Assembly: GCA_964569935.1 (NCBI GenBank)
Contig: CAZMWN010000002.1
Coordinates: 1 to 37,756, forward strand
DNA length: 37,756 nt
Reading direction: 5' to 3'
Origin: an uncultured Pirellulales bacterium
GTDB lineage: Bacteria > Planctomycetota > Phycisphaerae > Sedimentisphaerales > Anaerobacaceae
The position numbers and the translations under genes were made by a program. The notes beneath the pieces are model-generated. The model saw only the letters and a list, made by a program, of their open reading frames with translations. It was not told where the DNA came from and searched no databases. Below are positions 1 to 9,537 of the stretch, in pieces (the stretch's first letter is position 1; every line of letters starts with the position of its first letter).

Positions 1-127
1 TTGCTAACCGCAACAATGACTTTAACGGGACGATTTTGAACAGAAACGTAAAAATTGAAGTATATGAATACCAAATAATTTAACCGAAAGAAACCGACAG
101 GCATAGGACGGAGTAGCTACCGTTTTA

Positions 128-355
128 GTGCCGGAAACCACGAAGCCTGTTCCGGGGGCTGTTGAGGCAAAGACCTTGATGGCCCCCGTTTCTTTTGGTG
201 GAGATAAAAGGATGCCTGTAGGCAGTCGCGTACACAAATGTTATGTAAGGTTGAGGAGACAGGGCAAGAGCAAAGGCAGTTCTGCCCGGATATGCCAGAG
301 TTCGACCGGCCAAGCTCTCAAGACCGGACGTAAGCCGAAGGGGAAGCGATCATGA
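128..355 (+). CDS. small basic protein upstream of portal (start uncertain; Met at 212 is an alternative)
   Basis: 75-aa track ORF. Its stop overlaps the portal ATG (ATGA at 352-355). The tail is Lys/Arg-rich and has a Cys pair (HKCY...ARICQSSTGQ). A GGAG/AAAGG-type RBS lies before the Met at 212. The region is G+C-richer and has shadow ORFs on both strands, so coding status is not secure. Confidence 0.4.
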   Translation: MPETTKPVPGAVEAKTLMAPVSFGGDKRMPVGSRVHKCYVRLRRQGKSKGSSARICQSSTGQALKTGRKPKGKRS

Positions 356-2100
356 AGGAATGGCTTGATAACAAACTATTGGAAAGAATCAAATTCATGT
401 GGTCTTCTCGTGAGAGCGTATATTCACGGTTAAATAGTGCGAGAGAGACCATCATCGAGCGTTTCCGGCCTGACAAAGACTTGGATGTAGGTTCTAATTA
501 CGATATGCGACTCTTGGGCCATGACATTTATGACGGCACGGGCGTTTCGGCTGTACACACTATGGCGGTTGGTTTTTACGCCCATCAATACTCGAAGAAC
601 GTTGATTGGATTCATTACAAGTTTTGGCTGGATGTTTTGAAGGAAGTGGATGAGCTTGACCAGTTCTGTTCCGACTTGAAAGACCATCAGAGTTCGGCTT
701 ATCAGAAGGGCAATTTTTACAATGTTCAATTAGGATATGCCAAGAACGCAATTACGATAGGTTCACCTTGCGTTTTCATTGAAGAAAACGTCAAGACAAG
801 CGAGATTATACACAAGCCTTTGCACTATTCCACTTTCAGGCTCTTTTACGATATAGCCAATAGGACGGAAGGAGTCGTAACTAAAGAGCAATGGACGATA
901 AAAGAGATTTACGACAAATTCTGTGAAGGGAATACGAGGGAAGTTAGACTTGCCAAGGCCAAGGATATATTCAGCAATTCCACTATGAAGTATATAGACG
1001 GGGGTCAATGGTCTAAAAAAATCACTATATGGCGGGCTGTATTCAGGAAAAGAAATCCGGTATTTTACAGTAAGAACTTCGGTTCGCAGTACGAATGGTG
1101 GGGTTGCTATTTTGAGGATACGCCGAAGGACAAAGATGTGCCTTTAATGACAGAAGGTTACTTCACTAAACCCTTCGCCGTCTGGGACTACGAGAAGAAC
1201 CCGGACGAAAGTGCATCCCGAACACCTGCATTTTACAGTCTTTACGACGATGTTACTTTGAATAATATAATGCTCAATTACATTACGGACGTTCAGATGG
1301 GTGCGAGACCGCCCATGGCAAAGCTCAAAGAGGACAAGGGAGAATACGATTTAGGACCCGGCGACTCTGTTTATCTCGACCGTCAGCATTGGGAATACGC
1401 ACCTAAATTTATCGAGCGTGGCGGCAAAATCAATTGGGAAGTCGAGCAGCTTAAAATGTTCCGTGAAAACGTCAGAATGCACTTTCACACTAAGCTATTC
1501 AACATTCTTACCGAGCTTGCTTTAGCCAACAAACAGCCAATATCGGCCACACAGACGCTTGAGATTCAGGATGAGAAGATTACCCAGATTTCACCCATGA
1601 TAGAATCTAACGACGATTATCTGAGGCAGGTGGACGAACGAACATTGGACATCGAGTACAGGGCGGGACGTGGCCCGTTCAGGCCGGACAATATGATGTA
1701 CATCGCAGACGTGATAGGCTGGGCTTGCAGAAAAGCGGGTGTGGACTTTAACGGTGAACTTGTACCGGAGTTCATAGGCAAGCTCAGACGTCAGCAGCAG
1801 ATGGAACAGAAGCTTAAGCCTTTAATGCTGGGCATGGACGTTATTAGTCGTGCCCGCGAGACTATTGACGAGGATTTGAACGTAGCCGTCAGGGGTTACG
1901 ATGTTCTCGACGACGGTCTGTCAGCAGTGGACTTCCCGATGAAAAACCTCAAGCCTAAAGACGAATACGAAGAAGACATGGCCCAGATTCAGGAAGGCAG
2001 GGCACAACAATTACAGATTGAAAATACTATAGAGGCCATGAAAGCATCGAAAGGTTTGAAGCCGACAGGACAAGAGGCTTTACCGGCGGGGACTGAATGA
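352..2100 (+). CDS. portal protein (positional assignment)
   Basis: 582 aa and the first large gene of the late block. It is followed by small ORFs, scaffold and capsid. No Walker A motif, so it is not a terminase. Size and order fit a podovirus portal. Confidence 0.55.
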   Translation: MKEWLDNKLLERIKFMWSSRESVYSRLNSARETIIERFRPDKDLDVGSNYDMRLLGHDIYDGTGVSAVHTMAVGFYAHQYSKNVDWIHYKFWLDVLKEVDELDQFCSDLKDHQSSAYQKGNFYNVQLGYAKNAITIGSPCVFIEENVKTSEIIHKPLHYSTFRLFYDIANRTEGVVTKEQWTIKEIYDKFCEGNTREVRLAKAKDIFSNSTMKYIDGGQWSKKITIWRAVFRKRNPVFYSKNFGSQYEWWGCYFEDTPKDKDVPLMTEGYFTKPFAVWDYEKNPDESASRTPAFYSLYDDVTLNNIMLNYITDVQMGARPPMAKLKEDKGEYDLGPGDSVYLDRQHWEYAPKFIERGGKINWEVEQLKMFRENVRMHFHTKLFNILTELALANKQPISATQTLEIQDEKITQISPMIESNDDYLRQVDERTLDIEYRAGRGPFRPDNMMYIADVIGWACRKAGVDFNGELVPEFIGKLRRQQQMEQKLKPLMLGMDVISRARETIDEDLNVAVRGYDVLDDGLSAVDFPMKNLKPKDEYEEDMAQIQEGRAQQLQIENTIEAMKASKGLKPTGQEALPAGTE

Positions 2101-2444
2101 AAATGGAATGTCCTAAATGTAAGACGAAAATAGAATCAAGCAACGAAGAGTTATTTGAATTGAAAGGCATAGGACACTTTTGGGCGTATCAATGTCCAGC
2201 GTGTAATAAGATTATACCAAGAGACGAGAAAGGAATGGAATTGGTGGGTAATTTTGAGGAAAACGCAAGGCGTGTTATTGGGAAAAAAACTGGCATGGAT
2301 TGTGTCATCGAAGACAAGAAACAAATAGATTTGATTCAGAAAACTCTCGATATGATAATCGGCCATACAAGCGATAAAACAGAAGTGGCAGAGCAGACTT
2401 GCTATTATAGGGGACGTAAATTTGGAATTAGGATGGTTAAATGA
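2097..2444 (+). CDS. zinc-ribbon protein, function unknown
   Basis: 115 aa with two CxxC pairs (CPKC, CPAC). Start overlaps the portal stop (ATGA). Confidence 0.6.
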   Translation: MKMECPKCKTKIESSNEELFELKGIGHFWAYQCPACNKIIPRDEKGMELVGNFEENARRVIGKKTGMDCVIEDKKQIDLIQKTLDMIIGHTSDKTEVAEQTCYYRGRKFGIRMVK

Positions 2445-2671
2445 CTAAGTTCATACAAAGGTATGATGGCGAATGGCATGATGTTACTGATGGCAGGTTA
2501 GTTCAATGTTGCGATTGTGGATTGGTACATGATGAAGAATATAGGATTATTGAAGGCGAAAATGGAGATTTAAGAATAATCCGTCGAGCAACAAGAAATA
2601 ATAGGCTTACGGCGGCGAGGCGTCGTTCTTTGAAAATGAGAAAATCTGGAATATATAAAAAGAAAAAATGA
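2441..2671 (+). CDS. hypothetical small basic protein
   Basis: 76 aa with a CCDC motif and an Arg/Lys-rich C-terminus. ATGA overlap with the previous ORF. Confidence 0.55.
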   Translation: MTKFIQRYDGEWHDVTDGRLVQCCDCGLVHDEEYRIIEGENGDLRIIRRATRNNRLTAARRRSLKMRKSGIYKKKK

Positions 2672-2937
2672 TTAATCCTATTTTGAAAAGACAATTTGGC
2701 GACCCAATATTTTTAGCTGGAGAATTGACTAAAGTCTTTAACCCAGTCAAGACTTATGACGAGGACAAATATAGAAGTCTACATCTTCATAATGACATGA
2801 TAGCAAAGATATACTCGTTGATAGGAGAAAACGACACTGAATTCAGATATGAAGTATCAAGATTGATTTATAGATTAGGAGATAAAAATGCCCGGAAAGA
2901 AAAAAAGCCAAAAAGAAGGACAGTCAAAACAGGCTAA
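2668..2937 (+). CDS. hypothetical protein
   Basis: 89 aa with an ATGA overlap with the previous ORF. Its 3' end overlaps the next ORF by 50 nt across an A7 tract. Confidence 0.5.
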   Translation: MINPILKRQFGDPIFLAGELTKVFNPVKTYDEDKYRSLHLHNDMIAKIYSLIGENDTEFRYEVSRLIYRLGDKNARKEKKPKRRTVKTG

Positions 2938-3163
2938 AGGAGAGGTCGAGCCTGTTGGGACAAAAGTAAAAATTCCTAAAACTATTACAATTCCAATGAA
3001 AGTTGACGACAAAAGGAAGGAAATCGATGACATCGAGTATATCGCCCGCATAGTGAATATCAAACACAATTCACCCGGCATTAAGTCGATAAAAAAAGTC
3101 GTTAATTACGATTACGCAACGAAAAAAATCGAAGGGTATTACGAAATTGAAACGGGGAAATAA
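2888..3163 (+). CDS. hypothetical Lys-rich protein
   Basis: 91 aa. ATG at 2888 lies inside the previous ORF, in the +1 frame relative to it. Ends 2 nt before the scaffold gene. Confidence 0.5.
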   Translation: MPGKKKSQKEGQSKQAKGEVEPVGTKVKIPKTITIPMKVDDKRKEIDDIEYIARIVNIKHNSPGIKSIKKVVNYDYATKKIEGYYEIETGK

Positions 3164-3165
3164 TT

Positions 3166-3936
3166 ATGAGTTGGATGGAAGACGTAGATTTATCGACGTT
3201 ATCACCGAACGAGCAAGATGAATTTAAGAGTGCCATGGGTGATTACAAAACGCTACCAGATGCGTTAATTGGCGGTTACAACGCGAAAAAAATATCTGGC
3301 AAAAATTATAAATTGCCAAAAAGTGTTGAAAGTTTGCCAAGCGAAGAAATGCGAAATGAGTTTCTATCTGAAACAAGGAAATTACTTAAAGTAGAGCCGC
3401 CTATTACGAACGATACCATCAAGCAGGTCAATTTCAAGAAAGGTCTTGCCGAGGGCAAGGAAGCTAACGAACTGGTAAAGACGAAACTTTCGGAGTTCGC
3501 TGTCAAGGAAGGGATAGGACTGACGAAGCTTCAGAATCTTATCGAGTTTGTCAACAGTTTTGGTGAGGAAATAAGCAAGACAGCCAGTGCCGAGCTGGAA
3601 CAGGCCACAAAAGACGCCATCAAGAAAACAGGCGAAGCCCTCGACCTTTATTACGGTGCGGAGAAGCGCAAAGAAAATGCAGAGCTTCTACGAAAAGCCA
3701 TACAAAATAACTGCGACCTATCGACTGAGGAAGTTGAGCAGCTTGCCGGTGATTTGGCTGATGATGGATATATATTCCAGAAGCCTGCTCTTGCAAAAGT
3801 TCTCATGGACAAGATAGCGCCTTTAGCGAAGGAAGGCGACACGATTCCCAAAGGTGATACAGCGAAAGAAAAAACCAAACGAAAGCTCGCGGATGAAGGA
3901 TTCACGAAGACCGCAGCAGCGATAGGATTGGAATAA
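3166..3936 (+). CDS. scaffolding protein (putative)
   Basis: 256 aa, rich in Glu/Lys/Ala with a helical, coiled-coil-like composition. Located between portal and major capsid. Confidence 0.55.
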   Translation: MSWMEDVDLSTLSPNEQDEFKSAMGDYKTLPDALIGGYNAKKISGKNYKLPKSVESLPSEEMRNEFLSETRKLLKVEPPITNDTIKQVNFKKGLAEGKEANELVKTKLSEFAVKEGIGLTKLQNLIEFVNSFGEEISKTASAELEQATKDAIKKTGEALDLYYGAEKRKENAELLRKAIQNNCDLSTEEVEQLAGDLADDGYIFQKPALAKVLMDKIAPLAKEGDTIPKGDTAKEKTKRKLADEGFTKTAAAIGLE

Positions 3937-4140
3937 ACAGCGCCTCTTTAGGAGATACCGCTTATAAGATAAAAAATTGAGACACCTCAAACTTGCCATT
4001 TTAGGGAAAAGTTGGGCCTCTGACTACTGGGAAAGTTCAGTTAGTTGGGCGGGTTAGAAAACCCGCAAGGCGAGCCTCGCAAGAGACACCTCCCGAAATG
4101 TAGTGAAAACAATTTAATAACTATTTTTCAGGAGTATAAA

Positions 4141-5220
4141 ATGGCAACAAACGACATAACCACAATGGGCAACATGCTTGATATGATAAAGTTCAAGTTG
4201 CCCAACAACAAAGCAATCCAATCAATTGCGGCTACCTTGGCTGAACGTGATGCCTGGACTCGATTCACTCCTTCTCTTGCCGCCAATAGCGGAGTCAGTC
4301 ACACGATTTTGAAACAGATTTCCTTGCCTACTGGTTACCTGGTTGATGCCGGTGGGAGCTGGAAGGAATCAAAGGCCGAGTTCGAGCCTGACGTCCTGGG
4401 CATGTTCACGATACGTTCGACTTACCGTTCCAATCCCGATTATTTCAAGAACATGGCTCCGGAAGTCGCTTCGGTGCAATTGCGCGCCCAAAAGGCTTCT
4501 CACGTAATGGCTTTGATTCAGGGCAAAAGAAATTTAATGTTAAACGGCTCGACTGCTCCGAATCAGAGTTCCATAAGAGGACTAATGGAGATGGAATCTT
4601 ATGCGACATATGATGGTAAGTTCTGCTTCTCCGCTGGTGGTGCGGACACGAATACCGACCTTAGAAGTTGCTGGCTCGCCAAGCCGGGTGTGGATACCGT
4701 TTACGATATTCACAACAAGTTTCATCCGTCTATGGGCGTTGAAATGGATGACAAAGGCGAGCAGTTGATTACCGGCCTTGGAACGAGCAGTGACGAGCAC
4801 AGATACGACTTGTTCATTGAGTTCATGCTTCAATCGGGCTTCGTAGTCGAAGACCAGAGGGCTTTGAAAAGAATCTGCAACGTGGAATGTGGTACTACGG
4901 ACAATCCGGGACAATCTTTAATTGATGCGATTACGGATGCGAGCATTATCAACGCTCCGACCGGCGGGACCTTAATGTCTTATGACACCGAAGGCAATGT
5001 CGTTGAGGAATTACAAAGTCCCTGGATTCTTTACTGTCCCGAAAGGCTTTATTCCAAACTTGTGAAATCCCAGAATGACAAGTTGTTCGTCTATACATCA
5101 GAGGAAAACATATACAGGACGAAACTTCGCATGATAGGTGACGACATAATCATCGCAAGAATGGATGCCTTGAATCATGATTTGGGTTCCGGCGAAACTT
5201 ATATAAGCGCCGCTTCTTAA
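4141..5220 (+). CDS. major capsid protein
   Basis: 359 aa from ATG 4141, with AGGAG about 8 nt upstream. The track ORF starts at an upstream TTG (4045) inside a structured spacer, which I do not accept. It follows the scaffold gene and precedes a cement-like protein. Confidence 0.7.
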   Translation: MATNDITTMGNMLDMIKFKLPNNKAIQSIAATLAERDAWTRFTPSLAANSGVSHTILKQISLPTGYLVDAGGSWKESKAEFEPDVLGMFTIRSTYRSNPDYFKNMAPEVASVQLRAQKASHVMALIQGKRNLMLNGSTAPNQSSIRGLMEMESYATYDGKFCFSAGGADTNTDLRSCWLAKPGVDTVYDIHNKFHPSMGVEMDDKGEQLITGLGTSSDEHRYDLFIEFMLQSGFVVEDQRALKRICNVECGTTDNPGQSLIDAITDASIINAPTGGTLMSYDTEGNVVEELQSPWILYCPERLYSKLVKSQNDKLFVYTSEENIYRTKLRMIGDDIIIARMDALNHDLGSGETYISAAS

Positions 5221-5253
5221 AAACAAAGAAACATTTTATTAGGAGATACTTAG

Positions 5254-5769
5254 ATGATACTTGATAAATTAGGAGTGCTGTCAACTGCACAGGATTTGAC
5301 TAATGGTTCGACAGCCAGTGAAAACCAAATCAAAATGTCCGCTCGTGACTGGTCGCAAATCACTGATGCGTGGTTGGCGGTCGATTGTGAAACAGCCGCA
5401 GGTGGGGATACGGGGGACACTTTCAAATTCGAGCTTAGAGTTGCAACGTCAACTGCATTGACTACCCATAAGCAAGTCTGTTGTGTTGATATTACCAGTA
5501 ATGCAGACAGAAGACTTGCAACTGCGGGCAAGCCGATTGCCGGTATGAATATTGGAAAATCCCTTAAAAGCGCATGTCAGGCACTCATAGATGCTCAAAG
5601 CCTTGTGGATACGGACTTCATTTACGCCGGACTTTATACCACAATTAGTGCCGTCGGTACTATTTCGATTAACGCCGCTTTGAGTCCTCACGAGCCTCCG
5701 ACCGAAGACCACAGACAGGTAGTGGATTCCAACGTAGGTATTCCCGACAAATGCTCGGCTGCCTCTTAA
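5254..5769 (+). CDS. capsid cement/decoration protein, Bbp16-like (putative)
   Basis: 171 aa with AGGAG RBS. The N-terminus MILDKLGVLSTAQDLTNGSTASEN matches the pattern I recall for BPP-1 Bbp16-type cement proteins (MILD..l.fS.AQ.lT...). Sits immediately after the capsid gene. Confidence 0.45.
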   Translation: MILDKLGVLSTAQDLTNGSTASENQIKMSARDWSQITDAWLAVDCETAAGGDTGDTFKFELRVATSTALTTHKQVCCVDITSNADRRLATAGKPIAGMNIGKSLKSACQALIDAQSLVDTDFIYAGLYTTISAVGTISINAALSPHEPPTEDHRQVVDSNVGIPDKCSAAS

Positions 5770-5784
5770 CGAAAGGAGAATGAA

Positions 5785-8259
5785 ATGAAAAAAATAATAT
5801 TGTTTACATTGATTTTCGCCTTTCTGTGTGGAACGGCTCAGGCGGCAATGACATACGGTGCTTCTTATTATAAAGACCACATAAGCGAAGCTCGTACAGG
5901 CTCTTCTGTTGATCCGATATATTTGGCTTTTAACGAGCTGGATACGTTGCTTGCCGGTACGGACTCCGTTGACGCCATGTATTTCAATCCCACGACAGCG
6001 CCTTCCACACCATTGGAAGGCCAGCTTTATTACAACGCCGCAACGGACAACCTTGTATATCGCAACGCCTCGGCGTGGGTTACTCTTGCAACTTCTACTT
6101 CTGGTACTATGGACGAGACGTATAATCAGGGTTCTTCGATTGATGTCGATACAGATGCTGTTACCCTGACTACTTCGGATGGGGACGACAATGTCGTTCT
6201 CGCTATAGTTCAGAACGAGGCAACGAACGATAACGACGCTGTGACTATTACTATGGGCACGGGCGCTATCGGTAACGCCCTTCTAATTGACAGTGTAACG
6301 GACGGCAACGACGTTAAAGGCGATAACTGGGTTGTTACTCAGGCCGGAGCTTTGACCTGTGTTGGAGTTACGACTACCGGGGCGGTTACGATAAGCGCCG
6401 CCGATTTCACCTTCGATGATACCTACGATATTATGTGGGATACTTCAGAGGATACTTTAGTATTTAAGGACAATGCAGTTCTCGGTTTCGGTAATACGGG
6501 CGCTGCGCCGGACGTCGAGTTCAAGTGGAACACCTCTAATCTTTTAATAGAGTCGGCGGCTGAAGATACGGGCGAGATAGAAGTCGGGGCGACCAACGCT
6601 ATCGACCTCGTACTCCACGCCAATACCGCAGCCAGTGAGGTTGCTTTTAATGCTTCTACGGCTACGGCTGAATTCAACGGATACGACATTCAATTACAGG
6701 ATGCCGACCTTTTGATGTTCGGTGACGACGATGACTTTACCATTTTTAGCGATACCGAAACAGTTCTCGAATTTGACCCTAAAGTCGCTGGTAACGAGAT
6801 AAGGTTCGGTACAGCCTATACGGATGCCGTTGACATTACGTGGTATGGCGACCTTTCAGGAGATACGGTTACTTTTGATGAAGAATTATGCGAAGTCTTA
6901 TTTACCGATATTGACCTTCAACTTGACGATTCTGCTGATTTAATTTTTGGAACCGGCGATGATTTCGTTCTTGACTCCGATACGGCCAATACTCTTGACA
7001 TTATTAGTGCCGATACCGATGAAGCCGGTACTGTGAATTTCGGCAAGGATGCAAATGGTATTGACGTTGTTATGTGGGCTGCAACTTCCGGGAACAAAAT
7101 ATTCTGGGATTCTTCTGAAGGTGAAGTATTTTTTGAAGATGCCAATTTTGTTCTTAATGAAGGCTCAGATTTGAGATTTGAGGATTCGGGCGGTGCTACG
7201 GACTGGACCGTGGAATGCGATGGTGCAGAAGTTCTTGAATTCCTACCTACGGAAATTACCGACGACCAAGCGGTGCATTTCGGCGACGCCGACCATACAT
7301 CAGACCTCGTCTGGTACACTATGACTGCTTCATCGACTATCAATATCGACGCCTCTGAAGACTTGATGTATTTGGACGCCGTGGCTTTAAGAATCAACGA
7401 CGACGATGATTTATGGTTCGGTGATTCCAACGAGTTTATGATAGAATATGACGAAGACGGTACGGACAACTTGATTATCATTGCAAGTGTAGAAAACGAC
7501 GCAGTTCAGATAGGCGATGGTACTCACGCTACCGATTTTAAGATATTCTCGACCGGAGATGCCAGTGCGATTGTCAATTTTGATGCTTCCGCAGATACCG
7601 CAAACGGAGCATGGTTCTTCGGTGCGAGCGACCACGGAGTCGATGTTAATTTCTACGGCGCTACTGCAAGTCAGGAAGTTCAATGGGACCAATCCGCCGA
7701 TACGTGGTACTTCGGCAAAGACGCTGAAGGCGTGGACGTTTATTTCAATGCCAATACGACTGGTGATTACGTCTTGTGGGACGAAGGCGATGAGGACTTG
7801 AAGTTTGTAGGCGCAAATCTTGTTCTCGACGCCGATTCCGGGATAGAGAATCCGGTAGTTGTAGTTACTGACGCAGCGGAATATGACGTTACAGCCGCTA
7901 ATTCCGGCAAAGTCCACATCATTAAAGACTTGAGTCAGAATACCAGTATAGACCTTCCCGCCGAAGCTGCGGGGTTGTACTATGAATTCTGGTACTGCGG
8001 CGGTGCTGAAGAGGCTCACGACCATACCATCGACTCTGAGAATAATACCAACTACTTTATAGGCGGTGTTATTCACCATGACAATGATGACGGCTCTGTA
8101 GCTGCTGTTTCGAGTGATGGAAACAGCAATTCCAAGCTTACGTTAAGTGATGCAAGAGATGGTACAAGAGTCAAAGTTTCCTGTGACGGTTTGAACTGGT
8201 ACGTAACTGGAACGGTCAATAGTGATACTGCGCCTGCCTTTGCAGACCAGGCCGGATAA
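5785..8259 (+). CDS. acidic repeat protein, fibre/spike-like, with N-terminal signal peptide
   Basis: 824 aa with AAGGAG RBS. N-terminus is MKKIILFTLIFAFLCGTAQA/A. There are five to six degenerate repeats of roughly 110 aa (WD.S.D.L.F.D..L.FGD.DDF). Very Asp/Thr-rich. Confidence 0.7.
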   Translation: MKKIILFTLIFAFLCGTAQAAMTYGASYYKDHISEARTGSSVDPIYLAFNELDTLLAGTDSVDAMYFNPTTAPSTPLEGQLYYNAATDNLVYRNASAWVTLATSTSGTMDETYNQGSSIDVDTDAVTLTTSDGDDNVVLAIVQNEATNDNDAVTITMGTGAIGNALLIDSVTDGNDVKGDNWVVTQAGALTCVGVTTTGAVTISAADFTFDDTYDIMWDTSEDTLVFKDNAVLGFGNTGAAPDVEFKWNTSNLLIESAAEDTGEIEVGATNAIDLVLHANTAASEVAFNASTATAEFNGYDIQLQDADLLMFGDDDDFTIFSDTETVLEFDPKVAGNEIRFGTAYTDAVDITWYGDLSGDTVTFDEELCEVLFTDIDLQLDDSADLIFGTGDDFVLDSDTANTLDIISADTDEAGTVNFGKDANGIDVVMWAATSGNKIFWDSSEGEVFFEDANFVLNEGSDLRFEDSGGATDWTVECDGAEVLEFLPTEITDDQAVHFGDADHTSDLVWYTMTASSTINIDASEDLMYLDAVALRINDDDDLWFGDSNEFMIEYDEDGTDNLIIIASVENDAVQIGDGTHATDFKIFSTGDASAIVNFDASADTANGAWFFGASDHGVDVNFYGATASQEVQWDQSADTWYFGKDAEGVDVYFNANTTGDYVLWDEGDEDLKFVGANLVLDADSGIENPVVVVTDAAEYDVTAANSGKVHIIKDLSQNTSIDLPAEAAGLYYEFWYCGGAEEAHDHTIDSENNTNYFIGGVIHHDNDDGSVAAVSSDGNSNSKLTLSDARDGTRVKVSCDGLNWYVTGTVNSDTAPAFADQAG

Positions 8260-8267
8260 AGATTTTA

Positions 8268-8311
8268 AGCGGCGGGGCGGACTTCCTTCAAAAACCGCCC
8301 TCCGCTTTTTT
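8268..8311 (+). terminator. rho-independent terminator
   Basis: The arm agcggcggggcgg (8268-8280) pairs with ccgccctccgct (8295-8306) as 5+6 bp around a small internal bulge. A T6 run follows at 8306-8311. It lies just after the stop of the 824-aa gene. Confidence 0.75.
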
Positions 8312-8448
8312 AAGTAATGAAAAAAGTATTGTCATATATTTGTTTTGTTCCTGCGGTATTAGTGTTTTTGATTCTCGCAGCTTACAGTGTTTTTATTCTA
8401 AGATTGAATGGGAAGAATAATTTTAGATAGATAGACAGGAGAATTAAA

Positions 8449-9114
8449 ATGAAAAATTTAGGCAAATCTATTATTGCCATACTATTAATTATTGCCGTAA
8501 TTTTATCGGTTGTATTTATGGTCAAGCTTACTTTTGCGGAGCCACTTGACACTTATCATTCTGAATGGGTAAGAATCAAGGATTCAGCCGCCGAGGACGG
8601 AGCTACTTTTGCAGCTTCGCTTGCGCTCGACGCCAATGAAGGCATTTTTTCAAGCAAGCCATCGGGAGCATATCATATAGTATCAAGAGGAATAGCTGAC
8701 CAGCCTTATACATCTTCAGCCGGTTCAAAGTGGATGTTTGCTTTTTATGGAACAGATGCGGCTGATGAGACTTTCTCGTTTACTCTTGTAGGATGGGCTA
8801 AGGGTAATGGTATGGCTCAAATTATTTGCGAGGGAGACGGAGTTTTGGGAACTCAGGATGTCCATACCGAACCAAATGGTGATACTATAACCAATGGTTA
8901 TTGGGCTGATACTATTAGTCTTGACGAAACTTCCAAATGGCCGCTGGATATGGGCGGTGACGGTGCTAATGCACAGGTTTATAACTCCGGTGATAACGAG
9001 GTATGTATTCTCGTATTAGATTTGGCGGGTTTGGAATGGATTGATTTTGTGACTTATGACGTTGCTGGCAGCGCAGAGGCTTCGAGTATAGGAATTTACG
9101 GGCGGCTCTATTAA
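8449..9114 (+). CDS. hypothetical virion-module protein with N-terminal signal anchor
   Basis: 221 aa with AGGAG RBS. N-terminus is MKNLGKSIIAILLIIAVILSVVFMVKLTFA/EP. Confidence 0.65.
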   Translation: MKNLGKSIIAILLIIAVILSVVFMVKLTFAEPLDTYHSEWVRIKDSAAEDGATFAASLALDANEGIFSSKPSGAYHIVSRGIADQPYTSSAGSKWMFAFYGTDAADETFSFTLVGWAKGNGMAQIICEGDGVLGTQDVHTEPNGDTITNGYWADTISLDETSKWPLDMGGDGANAQVYNSGDNEVCILVLDLAGLEWIDFVTYDVAGSAEASSIGIYGRLY

Positions 9115-9530
9115 TGAAAAAATTAGTTTTTATTTTAATCTTGTTCTTTGCGGCAAACGTACAAGCTCAGCCTATTCCTGTTTTGCCTTACATAACTCAG
9201 TATATAAGAGGTCTATTGAACGACCCGAATGCCACCGAGGCGAGAGACACTCTGGAATTAGGAGAAGCGCACGACCCTAACTTTGCAAGTGTTAATATTT
9301 TGGGCAATCATTTCAATGTGGCGACGAAAAAGACGCCTTCAGGCGTATCAGATACAGGGACAAAAGGCGACCTTGCATGGGATGAAAACTATATTTACGG
9401 CTGTATTGAAACCAATACATGGCGAAGAATTGCCTGGGCGACTTGGGCAGGTGTGGAAGGATATATGATGATTTACGAGGACAGTAACACGATGGTATTT
9501 GAGGACGGTAATACAATGGTTTTTGATTAG
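9114..9530 (+). CDS. hypothetical small protein with signal peptide
   Basis: 138 aa with TAATG coupling to the previous ORF. N-terminus is MKKLVFILILFFAANVQA/QP. Confidence 0.65.
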   Translation: MKKLVFILILFFAANVQAQPIPVLPYITQYIRGLLNDPNATEARDTLELGEAHDPNFASVNILGNHFNVATKKTPSGVSDTGTKGDLAWDENYIYGCIETNTWRRIAWATWAGVEGYMMIYEDSNTMVFEDGNTMVFD

Positions 9531-9537
9531 GTGATGT

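Noticed and set aside
3-83. An open frame running in from the left edge (ANRNNDFNGTILNRNVKIEVYEYQII*), possibly the C-terminus of a terminase
   Set aside because: Only 27 codons are visible and there is no motif, so it cannot be supported.
4045-4140. The upstream TTG start given by the ORF track for the capsid gene
   Set aside because: ATG 4141 has a well-spaced AGGAG RBS. The extension runs through hairpin-rich spacer sequence.
6918-8079. Long minus-strand ORFs (187 and 222 aa) antisense to the 824-aa gene; also 22268-22838, 24287-24667 and 26073-26459, antisense to other + strand genes
   Set aside because: Each is fully nested antisense within a strongly supported + strand gene. They have no RBS and give low-complexity translations. 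They are typical antisense shadow ORFs.
8317-8430. A 37-aa hydrophobic ORF (MKKVLSYICFVPAVLVFLILAAYSVFILRLNGKNNFR) after the terminator
   Set aside because: It has no recognisable RBS and lies just downstream of a strong terminator. It could be a real small membrane peptide, but the sequence alone does not support it.
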